The notes: generated by a model not told the origin, from the letters alone. Positions 38,617-53,358 are shown, numbered from the stretch's first letter. The stretch: DNA of 64,000 nt from Octopus bimaculoides (GCF_001194135.2 NC_068997.1:31966472-32030471), one strand, 5' to 3'. Numbers and translations are program-made.

Positions 38617-39022
38617 ACCCATGTTTGTGTGAGTGTGTGAGAGGAGAAAATGGATTATATATCACATGTATATAAAATGAATATATATATATATATATAT
38701 ATATATCATAATTATCATCATCCACTTTTGCATGCTCACACAGGCTGGGGTGAATTTACTGAGGCACACACACACACACACATGCCTCCATCGCCAACCC
38801 AAATTTGTTTCAAATAAGCTAATATTTCCCCCCCTGGCCAGATTATGTTTTCACAGAAGAATGGAAACAAAAGACACCACTTCTATGATGGCAATGAATG
38901 CCTACAACAATCATACTGTCAAAACAAGAACAGGACACCAACAATAATACACTGACTTCTTTCAGTTTCTGTCTACCAAATCCACTCACTTAGCATGGCT
39001 TTGGTTGGCCATACATATATAT

Positions 39023-39075
<53 letters not shown>

Positions 39076-39362
39076 ACATTTATGTTTTACATATATCTAT
39101 GCTTGACCATTAAATCCACATTTTTTTTTATTCGCTCTCTGTTTATTTTCTCTTATCCGTTTCTGTTGAAGAACATAGGCTTGAAACATAACAGACTTTC
39201 TTGCGTTCTTGAGCATCAAACTAACACACCTGCTTGTTGTTCATACACCTGTCTTCGTCTTTTGTTTTTCTGCAAATTTCAACCATACCTATATATGCGC
39301 GTGTGTGTGTGTNNNNNNNNNNCTTTTGTTTTTCTGCAAATTTCAACCATACCTATATATGC

Positions 39363-39418
<56 letters not shown>

Positions 39419-39430
39419 CCGAAGTGTACG

Positions 39431-39790
39431 TACGGCGCTATATGTTTTATATATAAAAAATACAAAATGGGACAGGAACGCAAAACATCCAGACAATTAG
39501 GTGATACAAGAAAGGCACAACAAAACATCCAGATAGACCATACAAAAAACAAGGATGGGTCATTCGGAGTTTTCTTTCCTCAGTTGAGACATACAGATGA
39601 AAGGCAAATAAGAAAATGGAGAGGATATTTTATATCCTCTTCATTTTCTTATTTACATTATAAATCCTGGATAAATTTCCAATTTACCCTCATCAATATC
39701 TTGTATTCAACTGCAATATTGCCAGGCAATAGTAACCACTATAAATAAGTACACATCCAGTATTATATTGGCTATATAATATCCCTGAGA
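39431..39790. repeat. Interspersed repeat, possibly a Penelope-like element terminus
   Basis: Non-simple sequence with an internal repeat CAAAACATCCAGA x2, recognised as a recurrent octopus repeat. Class assignment is tentative. Confidence 0.35.
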
Positions 39791-39809
39791 TGGTTTCTTA
39801 CCCTCTAAC

Positions 39810-40850
39810 TCATACAGACATATATACATATATACACATATATACATATACACAAATATACACATACATATACATACACATATATACATACACATATATA
39901 CATACACATATATATACATACATATATACATATACATACACACATATATACATACATATATATACATATATATACACATATACATATATACATATATATA
40001 CATACAAATACATATATACATATATATACATACAAATATATACATATATATACATACACATACATATACATATATATATACACATACATATACATATATA
40101 TATACACATACACATACATATATATATATATACACATACATATACATATATATATATATATACACATACATATACATATATATATATACACATACATATA
40201 CATATATATATATATATACACANNNNNNNNNNNNNNNNNNNNNNNNNNNNNNNNNNNNNNNNNNNNNNNNNNNNNNNNNNNNNNNNNNNNNNNNNNNNNN
40301 NNNNNNNNNNNNNNNNNNNNNNNNNNNNNNNNNNNNNNNNNNNNNNNNNNNNNNNNNNNNNNNNNNNNNNNNNNNNNNNNNNNNNNNNNNNNNNNNNNNN
40401 NNNNNNNNNNNNNNNNNNNNNNNNNNNNNNNNNNNNNNNNNNNNNNNNNNNNNNNNNNNNNNNNNNNNNNNNNNNNNNNNNNNNNNNNNNNNNNNNNNNN
40501 NNNNNNNNNNNNNNNNNNNNNNNNNNNNNNNNNNNNNNNNNNNNNNNNNNNNNNNNNNNNNNNNNNNNNNNNNNNNNNNNNNNNNNNNNNNNNNATACAT
40601 ATATATACATATATATACATACATATATATGCATACAAATATATACATATATATATATATACATACATATATACACATACATATATATATACATATATAC
40701 ACATATACATACATATATATACATACATATACACAAACACATACATAAACATACATATATATACATACATATATATTCATACATATATACGCATACATAT
40801 ATATATTCACACATACACATTCATACATATACATACATAACGATATATTA
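39810..40850. repeat. Long compound (TA/CA) low-complexity satellite with an internal gap
   Basis: TATACA/TACA/TA units throughout. It explains the YI/HI/YT ORFs. Confidence 0.95.
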
Positions 40851-40906
40851 CTAGGCTTTGCTTCAACTTATTTTCCCCATCTATAAAACCAAACCCGCGT
40901 TGTGTT

Positions 40907-40948
<42 letters not shown>

Positions 40949-41137
40949 GTCTTTTGATTCATTTAATGTACGTATATTAAATTTGTATTTGTGTGTTAAG
41001 CAGGCTCCAGCCAAGTTGGCTCGAACTAAGAAAAGAGAAGAGAGTGTATGTGTGTATGGTTGTGAATGGATTCGTGAATGTAATATCTATATGCGTGTAA
41101 TTGTACACATACAATACACACAATTACACGCACATAC

Positions 41138-41173
<36 letters not shown>

Positions 41174-41739
41174 TTGCTGTGTCTCTGAAGAATGTATTTA
41201 TTGTAAGTATATCTACAAATCGTACATGTGTATGTATATGCTATGGTTATGTTAAGAGAGACCAAATTTAAAACTGTTCATGTGTAGAAAGTAAAAAGGA
41301 AAAGTAAGGAAGATAAGGAGAAAGTGAGTGAATGCTTCTGTGAGAGGGAGGGGGATAAGGGAGTAAAGAGAAAGGGAGGGGAAAGCCGGCAGCAGTAGCA
41401 GTAATGGCGTCAAAGGTGTTGGGTGAGCTAGATTCTTACCATAACTTCCTGCAAGCTGTCTAGACTATACTATGCTACTTATATAGACACATGAAAAATA
41501 CGGTGTAAGTGCTGAGCATAGTGGTGGCGGCAGTGAAGATGGTGGTGGCGGTTATGTAGGGGTGGTGGTAGTCTTCTTTCGTATAACGGACAGACCAGGA
41601 CACTTACATAGACAGCACTTAACAGATGACCCACATAATAAATGTGTATGTGCATATATATACACACACACACACAAACATATATACATACATACACATA
41701 TGTATACACACATAAATACATAACTTGTATGTATGTATG

Positions 41740-41778
<39 letters not shown>

Positions 41779-42203
41779 NNNNNNNNNNNNNNNNNNNNNN
41801 NNNNNNNNNNNNNNNNNNNNNNNNNNNNNNNNNNNNNNNNNNNNNNNNNNNNNNNNNNNNNNNNNNNNNNNNNNNNNNNNNNNNNNNNNNNNNNNNNNNN
41901 NNNNNNNNNNNNNNNNNNNNNNNNNNNNNNNNNNNNNNNNNNNNNNNNNNNNNNNNNNNNNNNNNNNNNNNNNNNNNNNNNNNNNNNNNNNNNNNNNNNN
42001 NNNNNNNNNNNNNNNNNNNNNNNNNNNNNNNNNNNNNNNNNNNNNNNNNNNNNNNNNNNNNNNNNNNNNNNNNNNNNNNNNNNNNNNNNNNNNNNNNNNN
42101 NNNNNNNNNNNNNNNNNNNNNNNNNNNNNNNNNNNNNNNNNNNNNNNNNNNNNNNNNNNNNNNNNNNNNNNNNNNNNNNNNNNNNNNNNNNNNNNNNNNN
42201 NNN

Positions 42204-42258
<55 letters not shown>

Positions 42259-42446
42259 GAGAGAGAGAGATACATATCCACACACATACAAATACATTTA
42301 TATACATACATATATAGAGGGGAACAAAAGTAGGTATACAGTAAGTATCACATCAATGCTATACTTAATTCATTAAAATTATTAGCACATTAAACTAGTT
42401 AGCCTCATTTTTGCTATTTAATCATAATAATAAATATATAACTATA

Positions 42447-42665
42447 CAGTAATACCTCGACTATCGTGTTACGTTCCAAACCCCACGCGATAAGCGAAAA
42501 TCAGCGAAGTAGAAACAGTACTGTACTGTATATATTTTAAAAATTATTTTTATAATCTGTAAATATTTATTTCATTATAAATGCAAAACAACACTACGGA
42601 GGAATCGACGTAAGCTTAAATAATAAACGGCGATATGTGAATCGCGATATAGCCAGGGATTACTG
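42447..42665. mobile_element. pogo/Tigger-type MITE, young
   Basis: TIRs CAGTAATACCTCGACTATCGTG and CGCGATATAGCCAGGGATTACTG with TA on both sides. Many intact CpGs. Confidence 0.85.
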
Positions 42666-42780
42666 TAATAATACTTTTATCGTAACTTTTAATTTTTTAA
42701 TAAAATGAGTGTTTTCTTTTTTCGTAACTGTATACCTTTTTCACCAAACTGTGTATATATATATATATACATATACTGAA

Positions 42781-42834
<54 letters not shown>

Positions 42835-43109
42835 GACAAAGGAACATATATATACATATACTGAATGACAAAGGAACAAGAATCAATTTCAGTGGCTTCA
42901 AGCTGTTTCTACTATAAGAAGGAGTACAATCAGAGCTGAGTGCACTATTTTTAATGGCTCTCAGGAGACTGACTATAAGATATAGCACAAGCACTCAGCT
43001 CTGAGCACACTGCATCTTACAGCAGAAACAGCTGTTAGCTAATTATGATGATAATGTAATTCCTGTCAACTTGTCATTCAATTTACACACGTGTACATGC
43101 ACACAGATG

Positions 43110-43191
<82 letters not shown>

Positions 43192-43579
43192 AACATATAT
43201 ATTTCAAGCTGAAAATCTACCTCTAAATAAGCATTCTATTATTTTGATCTGCAAGTGGAACAGTGAAAGTATTCAATACTTTCCTGAAATCAAACATAAT
43301 TTTATACAGTCAGTCATCTCTAAATTCCAATGATGGGGGGCGGTTGTCCCTTAGTCAGAAGTCAGCACCTCCTTCGTGAATGAATTCAGTTTAACACACA
43401 CACACACACAACAGAACAATAATAGGTCAAAGTAGTAGGAATCACTAAATTGACTAAAGGCTCAAAAGTGGTGCCCCAGCATGGTCGCAGTCAAATGAAC
43501 CAAACCAATAAAAGAATAAAAGCGTAAAAGAGCTGTGTATAGGTGCAGACAATGGTCAATGCCTCAAGTGAAACCCTGC

Positions 43580-43633
<54 letters not shown>

Positions 43634-43694
43634 ATGGTGGCTTCTGTACAGTTTTTGTATGTATATATTGCATGCATTGGTGTCTAAAAGCACA

Positions 43695-43860
43695 TAAACT
43701 GGTTTTAAATTTTGGCACAAGGCCACCGATTTTGAGCGCTGGTACTTATTTTATCAACCCTGAAAGGATGAAAGGCAAAGTTATCCCCAGCGGAATTTGA
43801 ACTCAGAATGTAAGGACAGATGAAATGCCCAGCATGCTAAAGAATCTGCCAGCTTGCAGC
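43695..43860 (-). mobile_element. SINE family B variant
   Basis: Reverse complement of the B head and core (TACTTATTTTATCAACCCTGAAAGGATGAAAGGCAAAG...GGAATTTGAACTCAGAA). Confidence 0.7.
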
Positions 43861-43936
43861 CTTTATGATTCTATATATTGATATAAACTGGTGTGGCAGT
43901 TTGCATGCCTTTCTTTCAATAATGTATAAGTAAGAG

Positions 43937-44267
43937 GGTAAAAACCCCCTTTGGTCATGAATGACCGTAGGACTGCATCTAGGAAGTTTCCCTCCTGAGG
44001 CACAAGTCTGGGTAAGGTTGTTTATGGAAGACCAGCAGTCACCCATGCATACCAGTCACCTCTCTCCATGCTACCAAAGGAAAAGTCTGATACAGTTTGG
44101 CACCAGTGATGTCACAACTCATTTCTACAGCTGAGTGAACTGGAGCAACATGAAATAAAGTGTCTTGCTCAAGAACACAACACGCAGCCTGGTCTGGGAA
44201 TCAAACTCACTACTTGATGGTTGTGAGTAAGTCTGATGCTCTAACCACTGAGCCATGTGCCTTCACA
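43937..44267 (-). mobile_element. tRNA-derived SINE family C, near full length
   Basis: Minus-strand head TGTGAAGGCACATGGCTCAGTGGTTAGAGC (A box)...GAGTTTGATTCCC (B box). Confidence 0.8.
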
Positions 44268-44567
44268 ATGTATAAGTATCAGACTGAAATATGTAATGGG
44301 CTCTACACATATAAAACCTAAAATGGCTAAGTGTCCCATATAATGGCTAACTGAGATTATTTGGGCAATTAGTTGGTTAAGAAATTTCACCTATGAATGC
44401 TTAAAAAATCTAAGATTTTATAAAAGTTTATTTGTATCTGTTTATAAACAATAAACTGAGTATCAACAACAAACAACAAATATATGAGACTCAAACCTGT
44501 ACACATACAAATACATTGTTTATATTCATTCTCCATTATAGTGTCACATTCTCTCCTTATATACACA

Positions 44568-44608
<41 letters not shown>

Positions 44609-44859
44609 CAATGGTTAAGCATTGTGAGACTAATAACCTGGTGTAGAACTCTATATATATGCTTCTGAATGAAGCATACATATGAGCCATAAGTACAGAG
44701 CCATAATAAGAAAATGAAAGGACAAAGGAATAAGCAATTATCTTATCCACTTCATTGGCTTACAGCTAAGATGTTTCAACTACGAGTCCACAGTAACTTA
44801 TAGAAAGAGCTGTAAGTTAATGAAGTTCATAAGATAATTCTTTTGTCATCTCATTTTCT

Positions 44860-44951
<92 letters not shown>

Positions 44952-45289
44952 CATAGAAGATAACTAGACAGTTCTTTTCACACTGATGTCCTCATATACA
45001 AACATACACACTCAATCACCAACACAGTCACACTCCATTATATACATAGAAATGTTCACATACAGATCTACATACAAAAAATACACATACACATGTATGC
45101 ATGCACACACACACACAAACACACACACGCACGCACACACACAAATACATACATAGAAACTTATGCATATGATCTACAAACATATTATACAAATAAGGTG
45201 ATGCACACATGTAGCTAGCTAAAAATATACACATGCAGATACATGTATACATATATTTAAATGTGCATATACACATATGGACATACAAA

Positions 45290-45335
<46 letters not shown>
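44860..45335. repeat. (CA)n and CA/TA-rich microsatellite block
   Basis: Directly visible. Confidence 0.95.
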
Positions 45336-45338
<3 letters not shown>

Positions 45339-45662
45339 TGCTTAAGCACCAAAACCTACCCAGAGTAAAGCTTACATATGCACATGCAGGCATCAATGAA
45401 CACAAACAAGAAATATAATATGAGCAAATGTCTAAAGGGACAAATTTTGAGAAAAATCCAATAATTCTCATTTTTTATTTAATTTCAGTCAAAGACACAT
45501 CTTCAGGTTGTCATGCATCCGTCTCTAAGGAATGCACAGCAACTGCAATCAATAATGTAATGGCAGCTGTTATTTGGCAGCAGGTGGCAACCACACTGCA
45601 GTGAAATTCACTGCAAGATAGCTAAACTACTAATGCAGTAGTTCCAAACTCGAACTTTTCAA

Positions 45663-45730
<68 letters not shown>

Positions 45731-46295
45731 ACCAATTTCCTCAATGATTCACTTGCTTTTTTTCTTCTTTTTTGCTGTCCCCTTTTTAAATTTGTTTTTG
45801 TTGTTTTCAAGGGACAAAATAGCAATCTGGATACCTCTATCAATATCATCACCTCATCTAAGACTCTAAAGGAGTTTTCTTTCTCCTAATTCACCATAGC
45901 AGTTAAATCTCCCTGATTTGGGTACCAAAATAAAATCATAATTTGCACAGTAAACCAGCATGAGACAAGATGATGACTCAAGCTCTACGTGGTCTCTTGA
46001 CCTGCTAAAATGAACACTTAAAAATCTTCCTCAATTCACAATCTAATGTCTTGGAGGGTACATGAGATGATGTAGTACTAGGTATATTAGCTGGATAAAT
46101 AAAGAAAGATTGCTCATGACTGGAATACCTTTGATTACAGATACTCTAAAAAAGACAGGATGGTCTAGAGTGCAACACCTTTGCTTATAGGTCTGCTCAA
46201 TCAATTCTGACTGGAATTAAAAGAACAACTGATGCAGGATATTACAGTAAAAAGCAGCAGGAGCATTATATAATTAGCAAGCATGCAATTTATAA

Positions 46296-46496
46296 CCCTT
46301 TAGCATTCAGATTACTCTGTCAAATATGATTATTTATTTACATTGTTTTGAATTAATCGTGCATTATCTTGTGGCCTCAAAATTTTAATGATACGATTTT
46401 TATTTTAGAATGACATTGTAGGGTAGGTGTGAGAGACCAGATCTGGACATAGAGTCGATATTTGGACCTGATATGGCCGGTTTAAATGTTAAAGGG
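46296..46496. mobile_element. TTAA-flanked CCC...GGG MITE (piggyBac-type ends)
   Basis: ATAA|CCCTTTAGCATT...AATGTTAAAGGG|TTAA. Related copies at 12344-12538 and 22498-22655. Confidence 0.6.
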
Positions 46497-47936
46497 TTAA
46501 TTAGCTGATGTGATGCTTTTCTACATATACACTTGATATTCTCAGTATGACAGCCTCATCTTCAACAAACTCCATAGAGGAAGGTGAGAGGCCACATATG
46601 CTAGTAAAGAATCTGCAACATGCTTTTGTGAACCTATTCAACAGAGTTGCCAAATTCCTCTCAACAAATTCTCCAAAGTATTGCAAAAACTATGAACAAC
46701 CATCATTTAAGATGTAAACAACACACACACTAGTGTATTTCAGTTTTAGACTAAGATACATCATGTCCCTCTATATTATAAGAGACAAAAGAAACGGTGA
46801 CAGAAAGGCCATCCAGTTGTACAATACTGCTTCAAAAAAAAGCTATCCAAGTCACACCAGCATAGAAAAGCAGATGCAAAATGATGTCGATAATAATATA
46901 TAGTACATCCCACAACTGAGATAGGATGAGGGTTAATTATAACACTGATCAGATTTGTAAAGTCAAACCAGAACATTCTCTCTACCCCACTGTATTTTGA
47001 TAATTTAAATTCCAAGGTTTGTTCCCCTACCTTTTTGATAAGAATATAGTAATTTAAATAACTTGCTCTTTTAAAATTTCTTGATTCAAATTTAAATTAT
47101 AATCAATTTCCCATACAGCAGGCATCTCTGTGTATTTTACCTCAGTAATTCATGAAACCTATTCCATCTCTAGTCATTCTAAAATCTTGCATTGGTGGTT
47201 AAACTATACTTTGCTTACACAGTCTCTCATAAGATCAAAACAATTTCAAAGTTGTTACTGTGCTGCTAAAAAACAAACTTCACTCTTCCTTGCATGCTAT
47301 TTTAATTTCAGAGTTGTTTCCCCTGCAGTTCTTGACTAGAATTAGTCAGTTACATTTGTTTATTGTTTGTTCATTTTTTTACTCATCACTTAGACTAAAT
47401 ACATGAAGTACCTGACTATTAACGCCAACATAGACGCTGAATTAGTTTCTTCAAAATATTTTATCTGGAGATGAAGACTATGAAACTGGTTACAATAGTT
47501 TATCTAAATTATATTTATACACTTTGTATGTCATTCGTCTGTATTCTACAGTCCAGACACATGAACTGCAATGACTCAATCTAGCAATAAATAAATTATC
47601 ATCAGAAGGCCAGCACAATATTCAGCACTTTACTCGGCTTACGTATATATAGTAGATATCATGATCTAGTGCTGAGTTGAGATGATCTTTCTTCTGAAGT
47701 CAATAGGACAAATCACTGTTGAGATATACATCTGATTAGGAAGAAGAGTCTTATCACATACATTAGTGTGAGATGAATGAATACGGAATTATTTATCTCA
47801 TTCATATATATTGTAATATTTGAGGGAAACTAAACCAAAATCTTCAACAATACAGATGGGGATAGGGTCAGGGTCACTTCTTGTTTTTCCAGAAAGGAGA
47901 AAATAAGTACCAGCTATATATTGAGATGCTTTAAAC

Positions 47937-48282
47937 CAATGATTCTTAACCAGGGTCCAAACGGCCCCTGAGGGTCCACATAAGATTTGTGGGGAAACAC
48001 AACAAAATAGTAAATTGGGGATCCACAATAGTATTTTAAGGGCCCCTGAAAAAATTTTGCTTTAGATGTATGTATTGTTATGTATTGCAAGAAAAAGCTA
48101 GGTTTCTTTCTCTAACATTTTACATAAATTCAACCTACACAAGTTAAGGTGTGAAAAACAAAATAGGAATTTTGAAAGAAGTTTCTATAAACTAGTTTAT
48201 AAACATCGAATGGCAATGGGGGTCCACCAGAATAAAATAGTAATCAAGGAATTTATAGATAAAAAATGGCTGAGAACCCCTT
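47937..48282. mobile_element. hAT MITE, same family as 3358-3707, opposite orientation
   Basis: Reverse-complement similarity along its whole length to 3358-3707. TIRs CAATGATTCTTAACC and GGCTGAGAACCCCTT. 8-bp flanks CTTTAAAC and TTTTAAAC (7/8 match). Confidence 0.8.
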
Positions 48283-49044
48283 TTTTAAACAAACCTCTTT
48301 CTCCTTAACAAAATTTGGTCTTATACTGCAATAGCTATAGAAGAGAACAAAACAGTACTGTGTTTTGTACTCAATGTGGCCTCTACAGCCACCATTTTTT
48401 TTGTCAGCCTTACAATGAACATGACAATTTTGTATGTACAATGATGTAAAAGAAAATAGACAGGTCAACATGGTGACTATAATCTGAGAAAAGGATAACA
48501 AAGTTGAATATTTTTCTTATGAGACACTACTTATAGTCATATAATATTTAGTTTATTGGTCATTATTTGTAGCCACTAATAAAACTGGTAGTCATATAAC
48601 AGACAGGACATTCGTTTAAGTGAACACAAGATAAACCACAGGATCCAATGATGATGATGTTGTCGTTTGCCATCCTCATACATCTGTTTTCTATGCTGGC
48701 CAGTGTAGACAGTTTGAGAGGAACTGCTAAGTCAGAAGACTGCACTAGGCTCTGATGTCTATCGTAAAAATGAACACATTGGGTGATGTAGTCTATGTCC
48801 GGGAAAGAGACAGCATAACGAGAGCAGGAATGTCTTTGATCAGGAGTGCCAGCTTATCTGTCTATCTGTCTATTTATATATCTATCACTGCATATAAGTA
48901 TGTGTATCTACATAGTTTTTTTGTTTTTTTAATATCTATATAAGCAAAACAGTCTACGTATCAAACTATCTAAATACCAAGTAAACAAACTAGCAATCTA
49001 CCAATCTATTATGATGCTAGCTAAGTGTTTGTGAATGAATGTAC

Positions 49045-49077
<33 letters not shown>

Positions 49078-49085
49078 CTTATATA

Positions 49086-49481
49086 TTTGTTTCAGTCATT
49101 TGACTGCAACCATGCTGGAGCACCACCTTAAAGGATTTTAGTTGAAGGAATCAACCCCACAATTTATTCTTTGTAAGTCTGGTACTTATTCTACCAGTCA
49201 CTTTTGCCGAATTGCTAAGTTACAGGGGCGAAAGCACACCAGCATCGGTTGTCAAGCAAAGGCGGGGGGGGGGCAAACACAGGCACACACACACATGAAC
49301 ACACACATGAACACACACACACAATGGACTTCTTTCAGTTTCTGTCTACCAAATCCACTCACAAGGGTTTGGCCAGCCTGAGGCTACAGTAGAAGACACT
49401 TGCCCAAGATGCCATGCAGTAGGGCTGAACCCAGAACCATGTGGTTGGGAAGCAAACTTCTTACCAGACAGCCATGCCTGT
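49086..49481 (-). mobile_element. SINE family A
   Basis: Reverse complement of 53641-54034. Confidence 0.85.
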
Positions 49482-49499
49482 ATACATACATATATATAT

Positions 49500-49690
49500 A
49501 GTTGACATTTATAGAAAAACAAAAGATAAAGACAGGTGTAGGAACAACAAGCAAGTGTATTAGTTTGATTCTTGGGAAAAATGAAAAAGTCTTTTACGTT
49601 TGGAACCTGTGCTTTTCAACAGAAAGGAATAAGAAAAAATAAACAAGAGAGTGAAAACAACTTGTAGTCGTCAGCGGTCCAACATGGTAA
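49500..49690. repeat. Interspersed repeat, possibly a Penelope-like element terminus
   Basis: GTCTTTTACGTTTGGAACCTGTGCTTTTCAACAGAAAG motif typical of these fragments. Tentative. Confidence 0.35.
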
Positions 49691-49696
49691 AATATA

Positions 49697-49751
<55 letters not shown>

Positions 49752-50121
49752 GTGTAACATCTGTGTAACATACAGTTACACAGATGTAACATACATCATG
49801 CAAATAGATTAAGCAATGATAAAAACAGCTTCTTTAGTGTGCAGCCTTGTTTATAAATACTGACCATATATCAACTATCATATTCCCTATATTAACATTT
49901 AGTTACAAAAACAACTACACCCATATCCACTATGTTAAAGCTGAAAGGAAAGGAACTGATATATAAAATAGTCTAAGCCAAACCATATTTTACAATTAAA
50001 ACTTACACAGTTTAGCATAAATGTCACTGGACACAATGAAAAGCATGTATGTGTTCATTCATATACATTTGTTTGTTACACATATAATATAATATAATAT
50101 AATATAAAATAATATAATATG

Positions 50122-50325
50122 AGCTGACAGAACTCGTAGTGCATTGGTTAAAATGCTTACTAACATTCCTAGAAGCTCATTATATTCTCAGTTCAAATTC
50201 CAAAGTTGGACATTGCTTTCCATCCTTTCAGGGTTGATAAAGTAAGAACTAGTTGAGTACAGGAGATCAATGTAATCAACAATACCACTCTAAAATTGCT
50301 GGCCTTGTGCCAAAACTTGAAACTA
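50122..50325 (+). mobile_element. SINE family B variant, old
   Basis: GAGCTGACAGAA...AGTTCAAATTCC...TTTCATCCTTTCAGGGTTGATAAA. Confidence 0.65.
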
Positions 50326-50389
50326 TATAACTTATATAATCATCCTATAGTTATGATTTACATCAACATAATAAATACATATAACACAA

Positions 50390-50830
50390 TAAATACACCA
50401 AGACAAGGAACATATCAATATATTATTTAGAATAGGACTAAGAAACGCATGAGGTAAAAATATACGTGAAAAAGATAAATAAAAAGTGATACATCAATTA
50501 AAAAGCATATTAGAATTAAGATTAAAAATGTTGAATTAAGCAGTGAGAAATTTTAATGATGGATTTAAAAATCAGAGAAATAATAAGGATAAATTTGTTT
50601 TAAGAGTTCTAAAGAAATGTTTATAGAGGGTTATATAGCATCATATATAAGATGTATTTCAACGGGTGTTTCTGGAGTCCATTTGTCTACAAGGTATGAA
50701 TCCTGCTCAGAGAGACATCAAAGGAGAGAAGCCAGTGGAGGATAAAATAATTACAAAGAGTGTCTACAAGAACTTAATACTCAGATTTTTTATTTAATGT
50801 AAGTCTTGAAATAAAATTAAAAACATCTCA
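50390..50830 (-). pseudogene. Possible highly degraded retroelement RT fragment
   Basis: Broken minus-strand peptide ...HLIYDAI*PSINISLELLKQIYP loosely resembles a Penelope RT motif. Confidence 0.25.
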
Positions 50831-52841
50831 TATTTTATATATATNNNNNNNNNNNNNNNNNNNNNNNNNNNNNNNNNNNNNNNNNNNNNNNNNNNNNNNN
50901 NNNNNNNNNNNNNNNNNNNNNNNNNNNNNNNNNNNNNNNNNNNNNNNNNNNNNNNNNNNNNNNNNNNNNNNNNNNATATATAATAGTGCAGCTTACTTCA
51001 GAATATTACATTTTACTTTAAATATGATCAGACTAGTTCCAGTTAAAAAACAAAATGTACTTGTTGAACTAACTTGTTGAAAATTTTTTTCTGTAAGTGC
51101 ATGAAAGAGCGAATGTGGTGGTAAAAGCAAATTTGGAACTTGCTTTTAGTTAGTATGTCAGATTTAAATATAGTGTTATTATTCAGATGCACTGTAGTAC
51201 AAAAATTGTAATAGTTTCAAAAGGCAATTACTATTATTATGAAAATTACTTGGAGCAACATTATTTGCAAGTAGAGGGAGACAGACAATAGTAATTATAC
51301 AATGTCTTTTTGAAATGAAATTTCACTGAGCTTATAAATACATATATATATATATATATATATTCATGTGTGTGTAAGTTAAGACTAATTTTATTAAACA
51401 TTTTTTCTTATTACCTTATATGTTTTTATGTTTAATTTGGAACAATACTATTCTGAAGTTCAAAATGTTTCAAGGCGTCCTCAGCATCACCTTCTGAATG
51501 AAATGATGATAGAGAAACCAAGGAACAATGAAACTAATGCTTGATCTAAAATTGACTACTTTCATAGGATATTTTGTGTGAGCTCTTTCCATGCATCAAC
51601 ATTTTGTTTGTATCATCTTTACTTAGTTTTTATTACATGTTCTGTGTGTAATGTAGAGATGGTTCTTTGTTGAAAATGCATAGTCAACTAATGAACAAAG
51701 TGTAACAGTTTGAGTCTTTAAGTTTGCAACTTACACATTTACATTGAAATTTGTATATTACATTGGTTTCTAAAACATGTTCTATGGCTTACAGGCTTGT
51801 CATTTTACATTTATGAGAAAGCTTTTCATTCTGGTGCTTTTATAATATATTCTGAATTTGTGGTTAATTTTAATTACTTTGTGGTTAATTTTAATACATA
51901 TGTTCTAATTATGAGATTTTTAACGACAAATTCATACATTCTATAAATAGGATGCATTAGATTTATTTAGTATTGTGTATGTGTGGTTATACAGGGTACT
52001 GTATATGTTATGGGAATTTATTCTGGCCAGTATGTTATTAGGAAAATACAAATCAAATCTGAGCACACAGATATAGTACAGGTGAAATAAACTTTATAAG
52101 TAACCAGAAAGTTAACAGTTAAACAATGCTAAGCCTAGCAATGATGATTTTATCAGTTAGAACATCATTCCTAGGATTCCTAGTTGGCTCTTGCAAAACA
52201 CAATATGCTACTATCATCATAGTATTCTGATGAGCCTGAGAATATGTTGGAATGCTGGAGGACTTAGAAATGTTAGGACTTCCAAACTAAACATTAAACA
52301 ACTGATAAGAAAATATGAAAAATCCTCTGTAAAAACAGATTCAAACGCGAATATATTTCTGGTGTATGTATATGAATATATATATATATATATATTCATA
52401 CACATACACCAGGAATATATATATATATATATATATATGATGATGATCTTATTGTATACATTGCTCGAAGGCATGCAACAACAGTTGTCAACATGTCAAA
52501 ACCAGGAATTAAACCAGTCACATAAAACTTTCATTTAATGTGCTTTGAACGTGTACAAACATACACACACACACATAAGCATACATAAATACATACATGA
52601 ATATACACATACACATGTGTAATATATATATATGACATATATAAAATATATATACATACATACACACATACACATATATAATTTTATCTACACATATTTG
52701 TATGCAAATGTATGTGTGTAGATGAGATGTGTGTGCATAAATATGTATATTTAAGTAATGTAATTTGCATGATAGAGAATGAGAGAGTACGTACATCTAG
52801 ATGTGAGTAATACGTACATACATACATACATACATATATAC

Positions 52842-52899
<58 letters not shown>

Positions 52900-53358
52900 T
52901 ATACAGCCTTAACTAGTGAGAGAATGACATTATGCCTTATACTATGTGTGTATATGCATGGGAGTAGTAGTAGTAGCAGTAGGAAAAGCAACAGCAGTAT
53001 TAATGTATTTCTCTGCGTTCCAACTTCTAGGTATGTACCTTTAGTATGGGGGAATTGTGAAATATGATACTGCAAATTTTCTTATTATATTTGGCATATT
53101 TTATTTGCTATTCTTTATTTTACCCTTCTTCTCTTTTATCCTGCGTTTTATTTTACCCAAAGGCACTGAGCATGAACTCCTAAAATTTTCTCTTTTCACT
53201 TGTTAGAGAAAAATCATTGGAAAATGGATTTTGAAAATAAAATTGATAATATTTAAGAATAATGGTCTATTGATTTATTCATTTTTCTTTCATCTATTAC
53301 TGTCTGTCTTCCATGATGTCTGTTCATGAGTCTCCTTGTATGTTTATGTTTCCCTCTT

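Noticed and set aside
39260-39410. Direct duplication either side of a 10-N gap
   Set aside because: The same ~50 bp ends one contig and starts the next; an assembly artefact.
42755-42880. Short local duplications around microsatellites (also 57930-58020, 51855-51895)
   Set aside because: Ordinary slippage products with nothing pointing to function.
43937-44267. tRNA genes suggested by A/B boxes (also families A and B)
   Set aside because: The heads run on into shared SINE bodies and lack a complete cloverleaf, so they are tRNA-derived SINEs.
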